Shown piece by piece: positions 36,807-49,538 of a stretch of 64,000 nucleotides of DNA; within the stretch, counting starts at the first letter, position 1; each line of letters starts with the position of its first letter. A program made the translations under genes and the position numbers. Source of the stretch: an uncultured Candidatus Binatia bacterium (GTDB lineage: Bacteria > Desulfobacterota > Binatia > UBA9968 > JAJDTQ01); the NCBI GenBank assembly GCA_964291295.2, contig OZ219754.1, positions 160,001 through 224,000 on the forward strand, written 5' to 3'. A model generated the notes under the pieces. That model was not told the DNA's origin. It saw only the letters and a list, made by a program, of their open reading frames with translations, and did not search any database.

Positions 36807-39500
36807 ATGGCATCACCGAGCATCGACACCTTCCACACCGCCTCCACTATCGAAGCGGGCGGCAACCGCTACCGGATCCACCGTCTCGACGCCTTGGCGC
36901 GGGAGACTTCCCTGCCGGTGGACCACCTGCCGTTCTCGCTCAAGATCCTGCTGGAGAACCTGCTCCGGTGCGAGGACGACCGGCACGTGTCGGCCGCCGA
37001 CATTCAGGCGCTGGCGGGATGGGACCCGGCAGCGAAGCCGAACAGGGAGATCGCCTTCATGCCGGCGCGGATCCTGCTGCAGGATCTCACCGGGGTTCCC
37101 GCCATCGTGGACCTGGCGGCCATGCGGGAGGGTATCCGGCGGCTCGGCGGCGACCCGAAACGCATCAACCCGCTGCAACCCGTGGACCTTGTCATCGACC
37201 ACTCCGTGCAGGTGGACCACTTCGGCTCCCGGCAAGCCTTCGCTTCCAACTCCGAACTGGAGTACGCGCGCAACCGGGAACGGTACGCATTCCTGCGCTG
37301 GGGCCAGAAGGCCTTCGACAACTTCAGCGTGGTGCCGCCGGACACCGGCATCGTCCACCAGGTCAATCTGGAGTTCCTCGGCAAGGTGGTCTTCACCGCG
37401 CCATCGAACGGTGACACCTTCGCCTACCCCGACACGCTGGTGGGAGCCGATTCCCACACGCCCATGATCAACGGACTGGGGGTTCTGGGCTGGGGCGTGG
37501 GCGGCATCGAGGCCGAGGCGGCCATGCTGGGCCAGCCGCTCATCATGCTGATCCCGGAGGTCATCGGGTTCAGGCTCCACGGCAGGCTGCCCGAGGGGGC
37601 CACGGCCACCGATCTGGTGCTGACCATCGTGCAGATGCTGCGCAGGAAGGGGGTGGTGGAGAAGTTCGTGGAGTTCTACGGTCCGGGGCTGTCGAGCCTG
37701 GCGCTGGCGGACCGGGCCACCATCGGCAACATGGCGCCCGAGTACGGCGCCACCGTGGGCTTCTTCCCGGTGGACGACGAGACCCTGGAGTACCTGAAGC
37801 TGTCGAACCGGAGCCCGGAACTCATCAGCCTGGTGGAGGCCTATTCCAAGGAGCAGGGCCTGTTCCGCACCGACGCGACGCCCGACCCGGTCTTCACCGA
37901 CACCCTGGAACTCGACCTGGGCGAGGTGGAGCCGAGTCTGGCGGGACCCCGCCGGCCCCAGGACCGGGTGCCGCTGGGCCGCGCCAGGCAAGCCTTCGCC
38001 GAGGTTCTGCCCGACATGAAGGGTGGCGATACCGCCAGCCGCGTGCCGGTCCGGCAGAACGGGGACTCCTTCGAGCTCACCCACGGATCGGTGGTGATCG
38101 CCGCCATCACCAGTTGCACCAACACATCCAACCCCTCGGTGATGGTGGGCGCCGGGCTGCTGGCGAAGAAGGCCGTGGAACGGGGCCTCAAGGCCAAGCC
38201 CTGGGTCAAGACCAGCTTGGCCCCGGGTTCCAAGGTGGTCACCGAGTACCTCAGACAGACGGGCTTGCTGGAGCCCCTGGGAGCGATGGGGTTCCACCTG
38301 GTCGGTTACGGCTGCACCACCTGCGTGGGCAACGGCGGACCACTGCCCGAGAACATCGGCAACGCGATCCGGGAAGGCAATCTGGTGACCACGGCCGTGC
38401 TTTCGGGCAACCGGAACTTCGAGGGCCGGATTCACCCCCACGTGCGGGCCAACTATCTGGCCTCGCCTCCCCTGGTGGTGGCCTACGCCATCGCCGGCAC
38501 CATGGACGTGGATCTCTACAACGACCCCGTCGGGCGGGACTCCGCCGGCCAGCCGGTGATGCTGAGGGAGATCTGGCCCACGCCGGAGGAAGTGCGCGCG
38601 GAAGTGGCCCGGGGCGTCACCGCCGACGCCTTCCGGAAAGAGTACGGCGACGTCTTCCAGGGCGACGCCATGTGGCGAAGCATGCCGGTCCCCGAGGGGG
38701 AGTTGTTCGCATGGGAACCGGACTCGACCTATGTCCGGCAGCTGCCGTTTTTCACGGACATGCCCGCGGAGCCGGCCGAGCCCGGCGACATCCGGGGCGG
38801 GCGGGTCCTGGCGTTGCTGGGGGACTCGGTGACCACCGACCACATCTCCCCGGCCGGGGCCATCGAACGGAACGGCCCGGCGGCGCGCTATCTCACGGAG
38901 CACGGCGTGGAGCCCGGCGATTTCAACCAGTACGGCGCCCGCCGGGGCAACCACGAGGTGATGATGCGCGGAACCTTCGCCAACGTGCGGCTGAGGAACC
39001 AGATCGCACCGGGAACCGAGGGCGGCTGGACCGTGCACCAACCCGACAACGAGCCCATGTCCATCTTCGACGCCGCCATGAAGTACCAGCGGGAAGGGAC
39101 GCCGCTGATCGTCATCGCCGGCAAGGAATACGGTACCGGATCGTCCCGGGACTGGGCGGCCAAGGGGCCGCGCCTGCTGGGCGTCAAGGCCGCCATCGTC
39201 GAGAGCTTCGAGCGCATCCACCGGAGCAATCTCATCGGCATGGGCATCCTGCCGCTGGAGTTCATGAAGGGCGAGTATGCCGCGTCATTGGGGCTCACAG
39301 GCTTCGAAACCTACGACATCGGCGGCGTGGGCGACGGCCTGAGCGTACGCAAGGAGCTTCAGGTCACGGCCACCAGCGCCGAGGGAAAGACGACCCCCTT
39401 CCGTGTCACCTGCCGCATCGACACGCCGGCGGAACTGGCGTACTACCGCCACGGCGGCATCCTGGAATACGTGCTCCGGCAACTGGCCGGAAAGGCATAG
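36807..39500 (+). CDS. acnA: Aconitate hydratase A
   Basis: AAGGAG RBS; [62 protein letters not shown]. Confidence 0.97.
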   Translation: MASPSIDTFHTASTIEAGGNRYRIHRLDALARETSLPVDHLPFSLKILLENLLRCEDDRHVSAADIQALAGWDPAAKPNREIAFMPARILLQDLTGVPAIVDLAAMREGIRRLGGDPKRINPLQPVDLVIDHSVQVDHFGSRQAFASNSELEYARNRERYAFLRWGQKAFDNFSVVPPDTGIVHQVNLEFLGKVVFTAPSNGDTFAYPDTLVGADSHTPMINGLGVLGWGVGGIEAEAAMLGQPLIMLIPEVIGFRLHGRLPEGATATDLVLTIVQMLRRKGVVEKFVEFYGPGLSSLALADRATIGNMAPEYGATVGFFPVDDETLEYLKLSNRSPELISLVEAYSKEQGLFRTDATPDPVFTDTLELDLGEVEPSLAGPRRPQDRVPLGRARQAFAEVLPDMKGGDTASRVPVRQNGDSFELTHGSVVIAAITSCTNTSNPSVMVGAGLLAKKAVERGLKAKPWVKTSLAPGSKVVTEYLRQTGLLEPLGAMGFHLVGYGCTTCVGNGGPLPENIGNAIREGNLVTTAVLSGNRNFEGRIHPHVRANYLASPPLVVAYAIAGTMDVDLYNDPVGRDSAGQPVMLREIWPTPEEVRAEVARGVTADAFRKEYGDVFQGDAMWRSMPVPEGELFAWEPDSTYVRQLPFFTDMPAEPAEPGDIRGGRVLALLGDSVTTDHISPAGAIERNGPAARYLTEHGVEPGDFNQYGARRGNHEVMMRGTFANVRLRNQIAPGTEGGWTVHQPDNEPMSIFDAAMKYQREGTPLIVIAGKEYGTGSSRDWAAKGPRLLGVKAAIVESFERIHRSNLIGMGILPLEFMKGEYAASLGLTGFETYDIGGVGDGLSVRKELQVTATSAEGKTTPFRVTCRIDTPAELAYYRHGGILEYVLRQLAGKA

Positions 39501-39689
39501 CTCGATCCGGCAGCGTCGGCCCGCCTCCCCATGCGGGCCGATTTGCTCCCCCGCCCCCCGAGGCCGCCCGGCGAGACCGGTGACTGACGGCCGGGCGTTC
39601 GCCCGGAATCGACACCGCCGGCCGGTGGACGCCGCCGCCGCGACGGACACCTGGACCTGATCCGGCCCTTCTGGCAAGAAGGTGAGGCC

Positions 39690-40853
39690 ATGGAGGAGGA
39701 ACGGCTCTCGGTCCGCATCGTCCGCGGCATCAACGAGGTGCCGCGGGAGGCGTGGGACTCGCTCCTGCGGGACGGTTCGCCGTTCATGCGCTGGGACTGG
39801 CTGGACTGCCTGGAGGCCACGGGCTGCGTCTGCGACCGGACGGGCTGGGCACCCCACCACCTGGTGGTCGAAAAGGGCGCGCACATCCTCGGCGCCTGCC
39901 CGATGTACCTCAAGTCCCACAGCATGGGGGAGTTCGTCTTCGACCACCATTGGGCTTCCCACGCCGTGCAGACGGGCATCCAGTACTATCCCAAGATGCT
40001 CGTCGGCGTACCCTTCACGCCGGTGGCGGGCTCGCGCTTCCTCACCGCTCCGGGAATCGACCGCCAGGAAATCCTCGCCGTACTGGGACGGGCGCTGGTG
40101 GAGATATGCCGCGGCAACGAGCTTTCGTCCATCCACATCAACTTCTGCAACCGGGAAGAGATGGACGCATTGGAGAAGCTGGACTTCATCCCCAGGATCG
40201 GGCTCCAGTTCCATTGGCAGAACCGCGGCTACGAGACCTTCGACGACTATCTGGGCGCTTTCCGGAGCGGCCGCCGCAACAAGATCCGGCGCGAGCGGCG
40301 CGAACTGGACCACCAGGGCATCCACGTCCGGGCACTTCCTCACGGCGAGATCACCGCGGATGTCCAGCGCACCCTGTTCGAACTCTACAAGCACCACATC
40401 GACCGCCTCTACTACGGCCGGCAGTACCTGAACCGCCGCTTCTTCGACGAGTTGCTGAAGCGGCCCTATCCGTTCCTCTGCCCCATCGTCGCCCGGCGCG
40501 GCGGCCGCATCATCGCCGGCACCTTCAACGTCCGCGGCCCCGACACCCTCTACGGCCGCTACTGGGGCGCCTTCGAGGACCATCGCTACCTGCACTTCAA
40601 CGTGTGCTACTACGCCGCCATCGAGCATTGCATCCACGAGTCGCTGGCCCGCTTCGAGGCCGGCGCCGGCGGCAGCTTCAAGAGCTTCCGCGGTCTCCAG
40701 GCCGCCAGAACCTACAGCGCCCACTACGTCCGCGACGGGCGTTTCCGCAACGCCCTGACCCGCCACCTGCGGGAAGAGCGTTCCGAGACGCTGGCCCGCC
40801 AGCAGTATCTGCGGGAAGAGAGCCCGTTGAAGGAGGGGGAGGGAGCGGACTAG
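39690..40853 (+). CDS. GNAT/FemAB-like protein (DUF482 type)
   Basis: YLKSHSMGEFVFDHHWA, YYPKMLVGVPFTPV, LYGRYWG, LHFNVCYY, FEAGAGG. Confidence 0.88.
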   Translation: MEEERLSVRIVRGINEVPREAWDSLLRDGSPFMRWDWLDCLEATGCVCDRTGWAPHHLVVEKGAHILGACPMYLKSHSMGEFVFDHHWASHAVQTGIQYYPKMLVGVPFTPVAGSRFLTAPGIDRQEILAVLGRALVEICRGNELSSIHINFCNREEMDALEKLDFIPRIGLQFHWQNRGYETFDDYLGAFRSGRRNKIRRERRELDHQGIHVRALPHGEITADVQRTLFELYKHHIDRLYYGRQYLNRRFFDELLKRPYPFLCPIVARRGGRIIAGTFNVRGPDTLYGRYWGAFEDHRYLHFNVCYYAAIEHCIHESLARFEAGAGGSFKSFRGLQAARTYSAHYVRDGRFRNALTRHLREERSETLARQQYLREESPLKEGEGAD

Positions 40854-40994
40854 CCGGCCCGCGTGGACGGAGAGCCCGCGCGTTGCCGAGGTGTCACGGG
40901 GGACTCCCGGCGGCGGGGAATCCGCCCGGACGTTTCCCGCCGCAGGCCGCCGCTCCGGGAGACGTGACCTCCGCTGGCGGGATTCCCCGCCGCG

Positions 40995-43238
<2,244 letters not shown>

Positions 43239-43256
43239 CTCATCCCTCTTCGACGC

Positions 43257-43571
43257 TCACTCTTCTTCCATGCTGCACTTGAGCGGATACTCGTACTGCC
43301 GCGCCAGACTTTCCGTGGTCTTCACCTTGGTCTCCGCCACCTCGTAGGGATAGACCCCGGCGACGCCGATGCCGTTCTGGTGTACATGCATCATGATCTG
43401 CACGGCCTCGGTGTTGTCCTTGTTGAAGACGTACTCCAGAACCTGCACCACGAACTCCTTGGTGGTGTAGTCGTCGTTGTGCAGCAGCACCTTGAAGAGA
43501 GACGGCCGCTGGAGCTTTCTCTCGGTTTCGACGACGACGTCCTGATCCGGGTCGTGGTTGCGCTTGCTCAT
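43257..43571 (-). CDS. clpS: Clp adaptor ClpS
   Basis: KVLLHNDDYTT, VHQNG, EVAETK, YPLKC. Confidence 0.96.
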   Translation of the reverse strand: MSKRNHDPDQDVVVETERKLQRPSLFKVLLHNDDYTTKEFVVQVLEYVFNKDNTEAVQIMMHVHQNGIGVAGVYPYEVAETKVKTTESLARQYEYPLKCSMEEE

Positions 43572-43640
43572 CGCGGTGTTCCTGAACAGCCGACCGCGGC
43601 GTCCATTCTAGTACGGCGGGGCCGGGGGTTCAATGAAGCT

Positions 43641-44045
43641 CTATGCCTTCTTCCAGCGCGGCACCTTGTCCCGATGCGGGATGCCGTCACCGAACAGCGT
43701 CCGGCCGCCCAGCGGGAAATTCTTCGGCGGCACCCCTCCCATGCACAGGAACACGACGTCCCGCTTCGAGTCGTTGCCGATGGCCCGGTTGACCTCCGGG
43801 CTCACCCGCACGATGGTGCCCTCGGGCATGGGGATCCGGCGCCCGTCCAGGATGATGGTGCCGTCGCCCTTGAGGGTGAGGAACACCTCCTCCTGCACCT
43901 CGTGCTGATGGACGTACTCCGCACCCTGGCCCGGCTTGATGCGAATGATGCCGAAGCCGACCCCCTCGCACTTGAGCCGGCGCGCCAGAAATTCCTTGTC
44001 CTTCACATTTTTGATGGGCATGGACAGCTTGTTGTACTTGGCCAT
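43641..44045 (-). CDS. Cupin domain protein
   Basis: GGAGG RBS; HQHEVQEEVFLTLKG motif. Confidence 0.8.
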   Translation of the reverse strand: MAKYNKLSMPIKNVKDKEFLARRLKCEGVGFGIIRIKPGQGAEYVHQHEVQEEVFLTLKGDGTIILDGRRIPMPEGTIVRVSPEVNRAIGNDSKRDVVFLCMGGVPPKNFPLGGRTLFGDGIPHRDKVPRWKKA

Positions 44046-44110
44046 GGCAACCTCCCGCAATGTTGATACGCAGCAATGTTGATACGCAGCCTTGGTACGC
44101 AGACCCTGGA

Positions 44111-45784
44111 TCATCTCGTGACCGCGCCTTCGGAAGCCGACGACACCAGCCGCGCGTACTTGGCCATGACGCCGGCGGCGTAGTGCGGCTCCGGCGCCCT
44201 CCACGCGCGCAGGCGTGCATCCAGCTCTTCCCTGGATATCTCCACGTCAAGGCGCCGGGCCTCGACGTCGAAGGTGATGCTGTCGCCGTCCCGCACCGCG
44301 GCGATAGGACCACCCTTGGCGGCTTCCGGAGCCACGTGGCCGGCCATGAGACCGTGGGTGGCACCGGAGAAGCGGCCGTCGGTGAGGAGCGCCACGGACT
44401 CGCCGAGCCCGGCGCCCACCAGGGCGGCGGTCACGCCCAGCATCTCGCGCATGCCCGGGCCGCCCACGGGACCCTCGTAACGGATCACCACCACGTCTCC
44501 CGCCTTGATCTCGCCGTCCCGCACCGCCCTGAAGGAGTCTTCCTCGCGATCGAACACCCGAGCCGGACCGCGGTGGCGCGTGCGCTCATGGCCGGCCACC
44601 TTCACCACGCAGCCCTCGGGCGCCAGATTGCCCCGGAGGATCACGAGCCCGCCGGTGGACTTCAGCGGCGCGGACACGGGCCGCACCACCTCCTGACCGG
44701 GCGTCTCGGCCGCGTCCCGGACCTCTTCACCGAGCGTCTTCCCCGTCACCGTCAGGCAATCGCCGTCGAGGCGGCCGGCTTCCAGCAGGCGGCGCGCCAC
44801 CAGCGGAATCCCGCCGGCCCGATAGAGGTCGTTGGCCACGAACCGGCCGCCGGGTTTCAGGTCCGCGATCAGCGGCGTGCGCGAACTGATGCGGTCGAAG
44901 TCATCGATGCGCAGCTCCACCTCCGCCTCACGCGCCACGCCCAGCAGGTGCAGCACGCCGTTGGTGGAACCGCCGGTGGCGGCAACCGAGGCCACCGCGT
45001 TCTCCAGCGCTTCACGGGTAATGATCTGCCGCGCCGTCAGGTTCCGGCGCACGAGGTCCATGACCATCCGGCCGACCCGGTAGGCGACGTCGTCCTTGCT
45101 GTCGTCCATGGCCGGCACGCTGGCGCTGCCGATGGGGGAGATGCCCAGGATCTCGAAGGCGGTGGCCATGGTATTGGCGGTGAACTGCCCGCCGCACGCC
45201 CCCGGCCCCGGACAGGCGTGGCTTTCCAGGTCCAGCAACTCGGCGTCGGTCATCTTGCGCGCGGCGTGGGCGCCCACCCCCTCGAACACGTCCTGAATGG
45301 TGACGTCCCGTCCCTGGAACCGTCCGGGCATGATGGAGCCGCCGTAGAGCATCAGTGACGGCAGATCCAGCCGCGCCAGCGCCATGACCGTGCCCGGGAT
45401 GGTCTTGTCGCACCCGGACAGCGCCACCACCGCGTCGAACAGGTGCCCGCGGGTCACCAACTCGATGGAGTCGGCGATGACCTCGCGGCTGACGAGCGAG
45501 GCCTTCATCCCCTCGGTGCCCATGGAGACGCCGTCGGAGACCGCCACGGTGTTGAATTCGATGGGCGTTCCGCCGGCTGCGCGAACCCCATCCTTCACCT
45601 TGGCCGAGAGCCGGCGCAGGTGGAAGTTGCACGGCATGACCTCGATCCAGGTGTTGGCGATACCCACCAGCGGCTTGCTCAGATCCTCGTCCGTCAGTCC
45701 CACCGCCTTGAGCATGGCGCGGGAGGGAGCCCGGTCCGGCCCCTGGGTGATGGTCCGGCTGTGCCGGTTCAGTGGTTCATCCAT
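44111..45784 (-). CDS. ilvD: Dihydroxy-acid dehydratase
   Basis: PCNFHL, SDGVSMG, SREVIADS, GCDKT, CGGQFTANTM, GGSTN, GPGMREML, TDGRFSG. Confidence 0.95.
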   Translation of the reverse strand: MDEPLNRHSRTITQGPDRAPSRAMLKAVGLTDEDLSKPLVGIANTWIEVMPCNFHLRRLSAKVKDGVRAAGGTPIEFNTVAVSDGVSMGTEGMKASLVSREVIADSIELVTRGHLFDAVVALSGCDKTIPGTVMALARLDLPSLMLYGGSIMPGRFQGRDVTIQDVFEGVGAHAARKMTDAELLDLESHACPGPGACGGQFTANTMATAFEILGISPIGSASVPAMDDSKDDVAYRVGRMVMDLVRRNLTARQIITREALENAVASVAATGGSTNGVLHLLGVAREAEVELRIDDFDRISSRTPLIADLKPGGRFVANDLYRAGGIPLVARRLLEAGRLDGDCLTVTGKTLGEEVRDAAETPGQEVVRPVSAPLKSTGGLVILRGNLAPEGCVVKVAGHERTRHRGPARVFDREEDSFRAVRDGEIKAGDVVVIRYEGPVGGPGMREMLGVTAALVGAGLGESVALLTDGRFSGATHGLMAGHVAPEAAKGGPIAAVRDGDSITFDVEARRLDVEISREELDARLRAWRAPEPHYAAGVMAKYARLVSSASEGAVTR

Positions 45785-45851
45785 TTCCCCTGCTCCTTGC
45801 CTGCGGGCGTCCACTCCGGCCGGAGGCGGACGCCGACCCAGGATGCGCACC

Positions 45852-46865
45852 TCAGTCGTCCAGCCACATGAGCCGGGCCGGATTGTCCTTGAGCATGATG
45901 GATATCTGCTCCTTGGTGATGCCGAAGCCCAGCAGCGCACGGATGAACACCCGCATGCCGTCGACGGCGTTCAGGTGCAGCACCTGGCCGAAGTCGCTGC
46001 CGATGATGCAGCGTTCGGGGCCGATCTCCGCGATGGTCCGGACCGTCTCCATGGGGTCGGCCACCGGCTGATAGAGGCTCGGGATCATGGGCTGGCAGTA
46101 GGTGCCCACGAACACGCCGAGGTCCGCCAGCTCCTTCATTTCGTCCAGCAGGAGCTTGTTGAGTTCCAGCAGCGGGTGGTCCAGAGTGGCGCGCACGCCC
46201 AGTTCCCGCGCCTTCTTCACCAGCGGCAACAGCTCCTGGAAATCGGTATGGCCGAAGCCGATGCCCGCCTTGTTGGCCACCGCCAGCTTCATGATCTCCA
46301 CCACCTCCGGCAGCACCTCACCCTCTTCACTCACCAGCCGCACGCCGCCCTTCTCCGGATGGCCCGCGCTGCGCCAGAAGCCCAGGGAGGTGAAGGTGGG
46401 GAACCAGATCATCCTGGCGTTGGGGTACTGGAGGGCGATCCGGACGTACTCGGGGTTCATGCCATGGCACATGCCCGCACCGCCGTAGACCTCTACCCGG
46501 TGCTCCATCTCTCCCTTTTCCACCAGATGGTCGATATGGCGCTGCACCAGGTAGCAGGCGTTGGCGCTGACGTTCCAGTGGTCCTTGAAGGCCAGCGCGC
46601 GCATGCCGGCCCTGGAGGCGTCCAGCGCGATCTGGATCATGTCCTGGGAGCGGTGAACGAAATCGGGATAGGCGTGTATGTGGCAGTCGATGGCGTTCTC
46701 AAGCAACTCGTCCTCGATGCCCGGATAGATCTTGAGCATCTCGGGGTTGTCCTTGAGCATCTGGTAGAAGTAGTCCTTGGCATTGAGTTGGCGGACGCGC
46801 TCCAGGGTCAGGGTCCGGCCCACCAGAATTCCCGCGGCTTCCGCGTCTGCTGCGAAATCACACAT
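45852..46865 (-). CDS. DUF6282-like metal-dependent (amidohydrolase/PHP-like) protein
   Basis: AIDCHIHAYPD, FKDH, WFPT, FGH, DHP, GSDFGQ. Confidence 0.75.
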   Translation of the reverse strand: MCDFAADAEAAGILVGRTLTLERVRQLNAKDYFYQMLKDNPEMLKIYPGIEDELLENAIDCHIHAYPDFVHRSQDMIQIALDASRAGMRALAFKDHWNVSANACYLVQRHIDHLVEKGEMEHRVEVYGGAGMCHGMNPEYVRIALQYPNARMIWFPTFTSLGFWRSAGHPEKGGVRLVSEEGEVLPEVVEIMKLAVANKAGIGFGHTDFQELLPLVKKARELGVRATLDHPLLELNKLLLDEMKELADLGVFVGTYCQPMIPSLYQPVADPMETVRTIAEIGPERCIIGSDFGQVLHLNAVDGMRVFIRALLGFGITKEQISIMLKDNPARLMWLDD

Positions 46866-46990
46866 TCGTTCCCCTCGCTTTCGTATGGTCTTCGTATGGC
46901 ATGTCCCGCCCGCCAGCCGGGTCCGGCGCCGCAAACGGGCACGGGCGGTTTTGCGAATCCGGCCCGGCCTCCCTGTCCGCGGAACCGGCG

Positions 46991-47995
46991 TCAGCAGACG
47001 GCAGCCTTTTCCCAAGCGGTGATGAAGCGCTCGGCGTCCTCGGCGGCGGGCTCGCCCACCGGGACGTACGGCACCACCATGCGCGTCACCCCAGCCGCCA
47101 CGTAGGGCGCCAGCCGGTCCTTGATCTCCGACACCGAGGTGGCCGGGATCACCGGCAGCCGGTCCATGTAGTCATCGGTCAGGGCCGTCATGGCGGCCTT
47201 GAAGCCGCCGGCCCCGAACGCATCCTGGATCGCGTCCACATCCGCGGCAAAGCCCTGTTCCCGCAGCATGCCGCTGTAGTGGTCGGCGATGTTGTAGAAC
47301 GTCAGCGCCTGCCGGAGCCTTGAACGAGCCACCGCGCGGTCCGGGTTGAGGGACACGCGCACCTTGGCGATCACCTCCAGCGGACCTCGTCCGGCGGTGC
47401 GGGCCGCCTCCTGGACCCGGCCGGCGATCTGGCGGATCTTGTCCGGGGTCGCCATGTTGATGAAGACACCGTCCGACACCCGTCCCGCCAGCCGCGTCAT
47501 CTGTGGCCCCAGCGCCGCCAGATGGATGGGTATCCTCGGATGGCGCGGCTTCCAGGAGAGTTGGAAGCGCTTGCCGGTTCCGTAGATTTCCCCTTCGTAC
47601 TCGACACGCTCACCCGCCGCCACCTTGCGCACGATCGCCATGTACTCCCGGGCACGCCGCAGCGGGCGGTCGAAGACGCCGCCGTGCCACGCGGCGATGG
47701 CCTCGTTGGCCACGCCCAGTCCCACCCGCACGCGCCCGCCCGAAAGGTCCTGGAGCGTCGCCGCCTGCAACCCCAGCGTCACCGGGCTGCGGCCGTAGAT
47801 ATGGTAGATGGCCGTCCCCAGCTCGATGGTGCGGGTGCGGCTGGCGGCGGCGGAGAGCAGCACCATCGGGTCGGTGCTGTTGGATTCGCCCTTCCAGAAC
47901 GCGCCGAAGCCCGCCTGTTCCGCCCGCTCCACCAGACCCACCACATCTGCCGCCGGATAGTGCGCCGCGGAATTGATCTCGATATCGTAGATCAC
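46991..47995 (-). CDS. LLM-class flavin-dependent oxidoreductase
   Basis: AEQAGF, ATLQDLSGGRVRVGLG, LAALGPQM; GTG start. Confidence 0.88.
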   Translation of the reverse strand: MIYDIEINSAAHYPAADVVGLVERAEQAGFGAFWKGESNSTDPMVLLSAAASRTRTIELGTAIYHIYGRSPVTLGLQAATLQDLSGGRVRVGLGVANEAIAAWHGGVFDRPLRRAREYMAIVRKVAAGERVEYEGEIYGTGKRFQLSWKPRHPRIPIHLAALGPQMTRLAGRVSDGVFINMATPDKIRQIAGRVQEAARTAGRGPLEVIAKVRVSLNPDRAVARSRLRQALTFYNIADHYSGMLREQGFAADVDAIQDAFGAGGFKAAMTALTDDYMDRLPVIPATSVSEIKDRLAPYVAAGVTRMVVPYVPVGEPAAEDAERFITAWEKAAVC

Positions 47996-48042
47996 GCCTC
48001 CCCCGTTCCGGCCGGTCGCGCGGGAGCGAACCGACCGCGCCG

Positions 48043-48564
48043 TCATCGCTCCGGAAGAACGGCTGTCCGGATGCCCGCCGGGCGGTCATGAGCCTGCCGG
48101 GCGGTCATGAAGTTGATCAGTTTCATGCTCATGACCACGTCGCCGTCCTGGTTCAGGGCCTCGAGCAGCGAACGCACGATGCCGCGGCCGGGCTTCGAAG
48201 CGGACCGCCGGCTCTCCAGCACCGTGACCCGCACCGTCAACCCGTCGCCCGGACGCACCGGCTTGTGCCAGCGCAGCTCGTCCACGCCCGGCGAGCCGAG
48301 GTTGGCCACCGCCGAGAGATAGTTGTCGGAACAGACCCGCATCATGGCGGCGGCCGTGTGCCAGCCGCTGGCGATGAGACCCTTGTAGAGGGTCTCCTTC
48401 GCCAGTTCGGGATCGACATGATACGGCTGCGGCACGAAACGCTTGCCGAAGTCGATGATCTCGGCCTCGGCAAGGCTCACCGGGCCGAACTCGCATACCG
48501 AGCCGACCACGTAATCCTCGAAGTAACGTTCCTCTCTGGGGACGGTGAATCCGGGCTGTTGCAT
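48043..48564 (-). CDS. MaoC-family dehydratase
   Basis: RYFEDY, PQPYHVD, GLIASGWHT, LRWHKPVRPGD. Confidence 0.88.
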   Translation of the reverse strand: MQQPGFTVPREERYFEDYVVGSVCEFGPVSLAEAEIIDFGKRFVPQPYHVDPELAKETLYKGLIASGWHTAAAMMRVCSDNYLSAVANLGSPGVDELRWHKPVRPGDGLTVRVTVLESRRSASKPGRGIVRSLLEALNQDGDVVMSMKLINFMTARQAHDRPAGIRTAVLPER

Positions 48565-48749
48565 CGCCTTCACGAGTACAATGAACGCTCGTGCGCTGCA
48601 ACTTGTCGTCCGGTGCACTCTCCGTTGCCGGCACCGCCCTGGCAGCGAGCGTGTCCCGGCCAGCCCTGAACCACGATGCGGTCCGGAAGGTGCCGACAAC
48701 ACGAGGACCGATGGATGCCGTTGACGAGGATGAGGGGCCGCCGGCCCCA

Positions 48750-48930
48750 CGAAACGGCTGGCGGTGGAGAGGTTCAGACGGATGTCACCACCACGGGATC
48801 GTCATCTTCGGCGACGTCAACCCCGAAACTTTGCTCGATGTCACCGCCCTGGAAACCGTGGGCGTGGAGATGTATCCCGTTATCCAGCGACTGAAACGGT
48901 CTCCAACCGTGCGGACAAGCGCCAGGGCAA
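48750..48930 (+). pseudogene. Possible clan AA (retropepsin-like) aspartic protease C-terminal remnant
   Basis: IVIFGDVNPETLLDVTALETVGVEMYPVIQRLK resembles the VIFG..LLG..LE..DP...RL tail of that family; no N-terminal DTG seen. Confidence 0.35.
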
Positions 48931-48993
48931 ATGTCGGGCTTCCGCCCGTTGAAGCAGAGCGCATGGAGAGGACACCTCACCGCGACTCAGGAC

Positions 48994-49537
48994 ATGACGA
49001 AACCTTACAACCCACTGGATTACCGGAATCTGGCACAAAACGTTGTGCGCGCTCTCCTGGAGAGAACGGACAGCGAGATCCCGCCACAGGAGCCGTTCGT
49101 CGGCTCTGGCGTTTATGCCCTTTACTATACGGGACCGCTTCCATACTACGCTTTCCTGGCTTCGGAGGATCTCGGCACTCCGATCTACGTGGGCAAGGCG
49201 GTACCGTCGGGCAGTAGAAAAGGAAGTTACACGGAGGTACCGAAGGTAGACGGTTCCTTGTACCGACGGCTATGTGAGCATGCCAAGTCCATCGACCAGG
49301 CAGAGAACTTGCGACTGGAAGAGTTTCGCTGTCGTTTCCTTGTTGTCGAAACCGTCTGGATCACACTTGCGGAGCGATTCCTGATCAATCACTTCAAGCC
49401 TGTGTGGAATACCGTGATCGACGGCTTTGGCAACCTCGTCCCGGGTCGTGGTGCATCCCGGACGACCGTGGGCAAATGCTCTCGACGCCGAGGAAAGCGA
49501 AGCCGAGATCATCGCGTCGCTCACTACAAGAGACTGA
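48994..49537 (+). pseudogene. Eco29kI-family GIY-YIG restriction endonuclease with C-terminal deletion/frameshift
   Basis: YNPLDY, GVYALYY, PIYVGKA, RLCEH, LAERFLI, PVWN...DGFGN; HPGRPWA tail in another frame after ~49445. Confidence 0.8.
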
Positions 49538-49538
49538 G

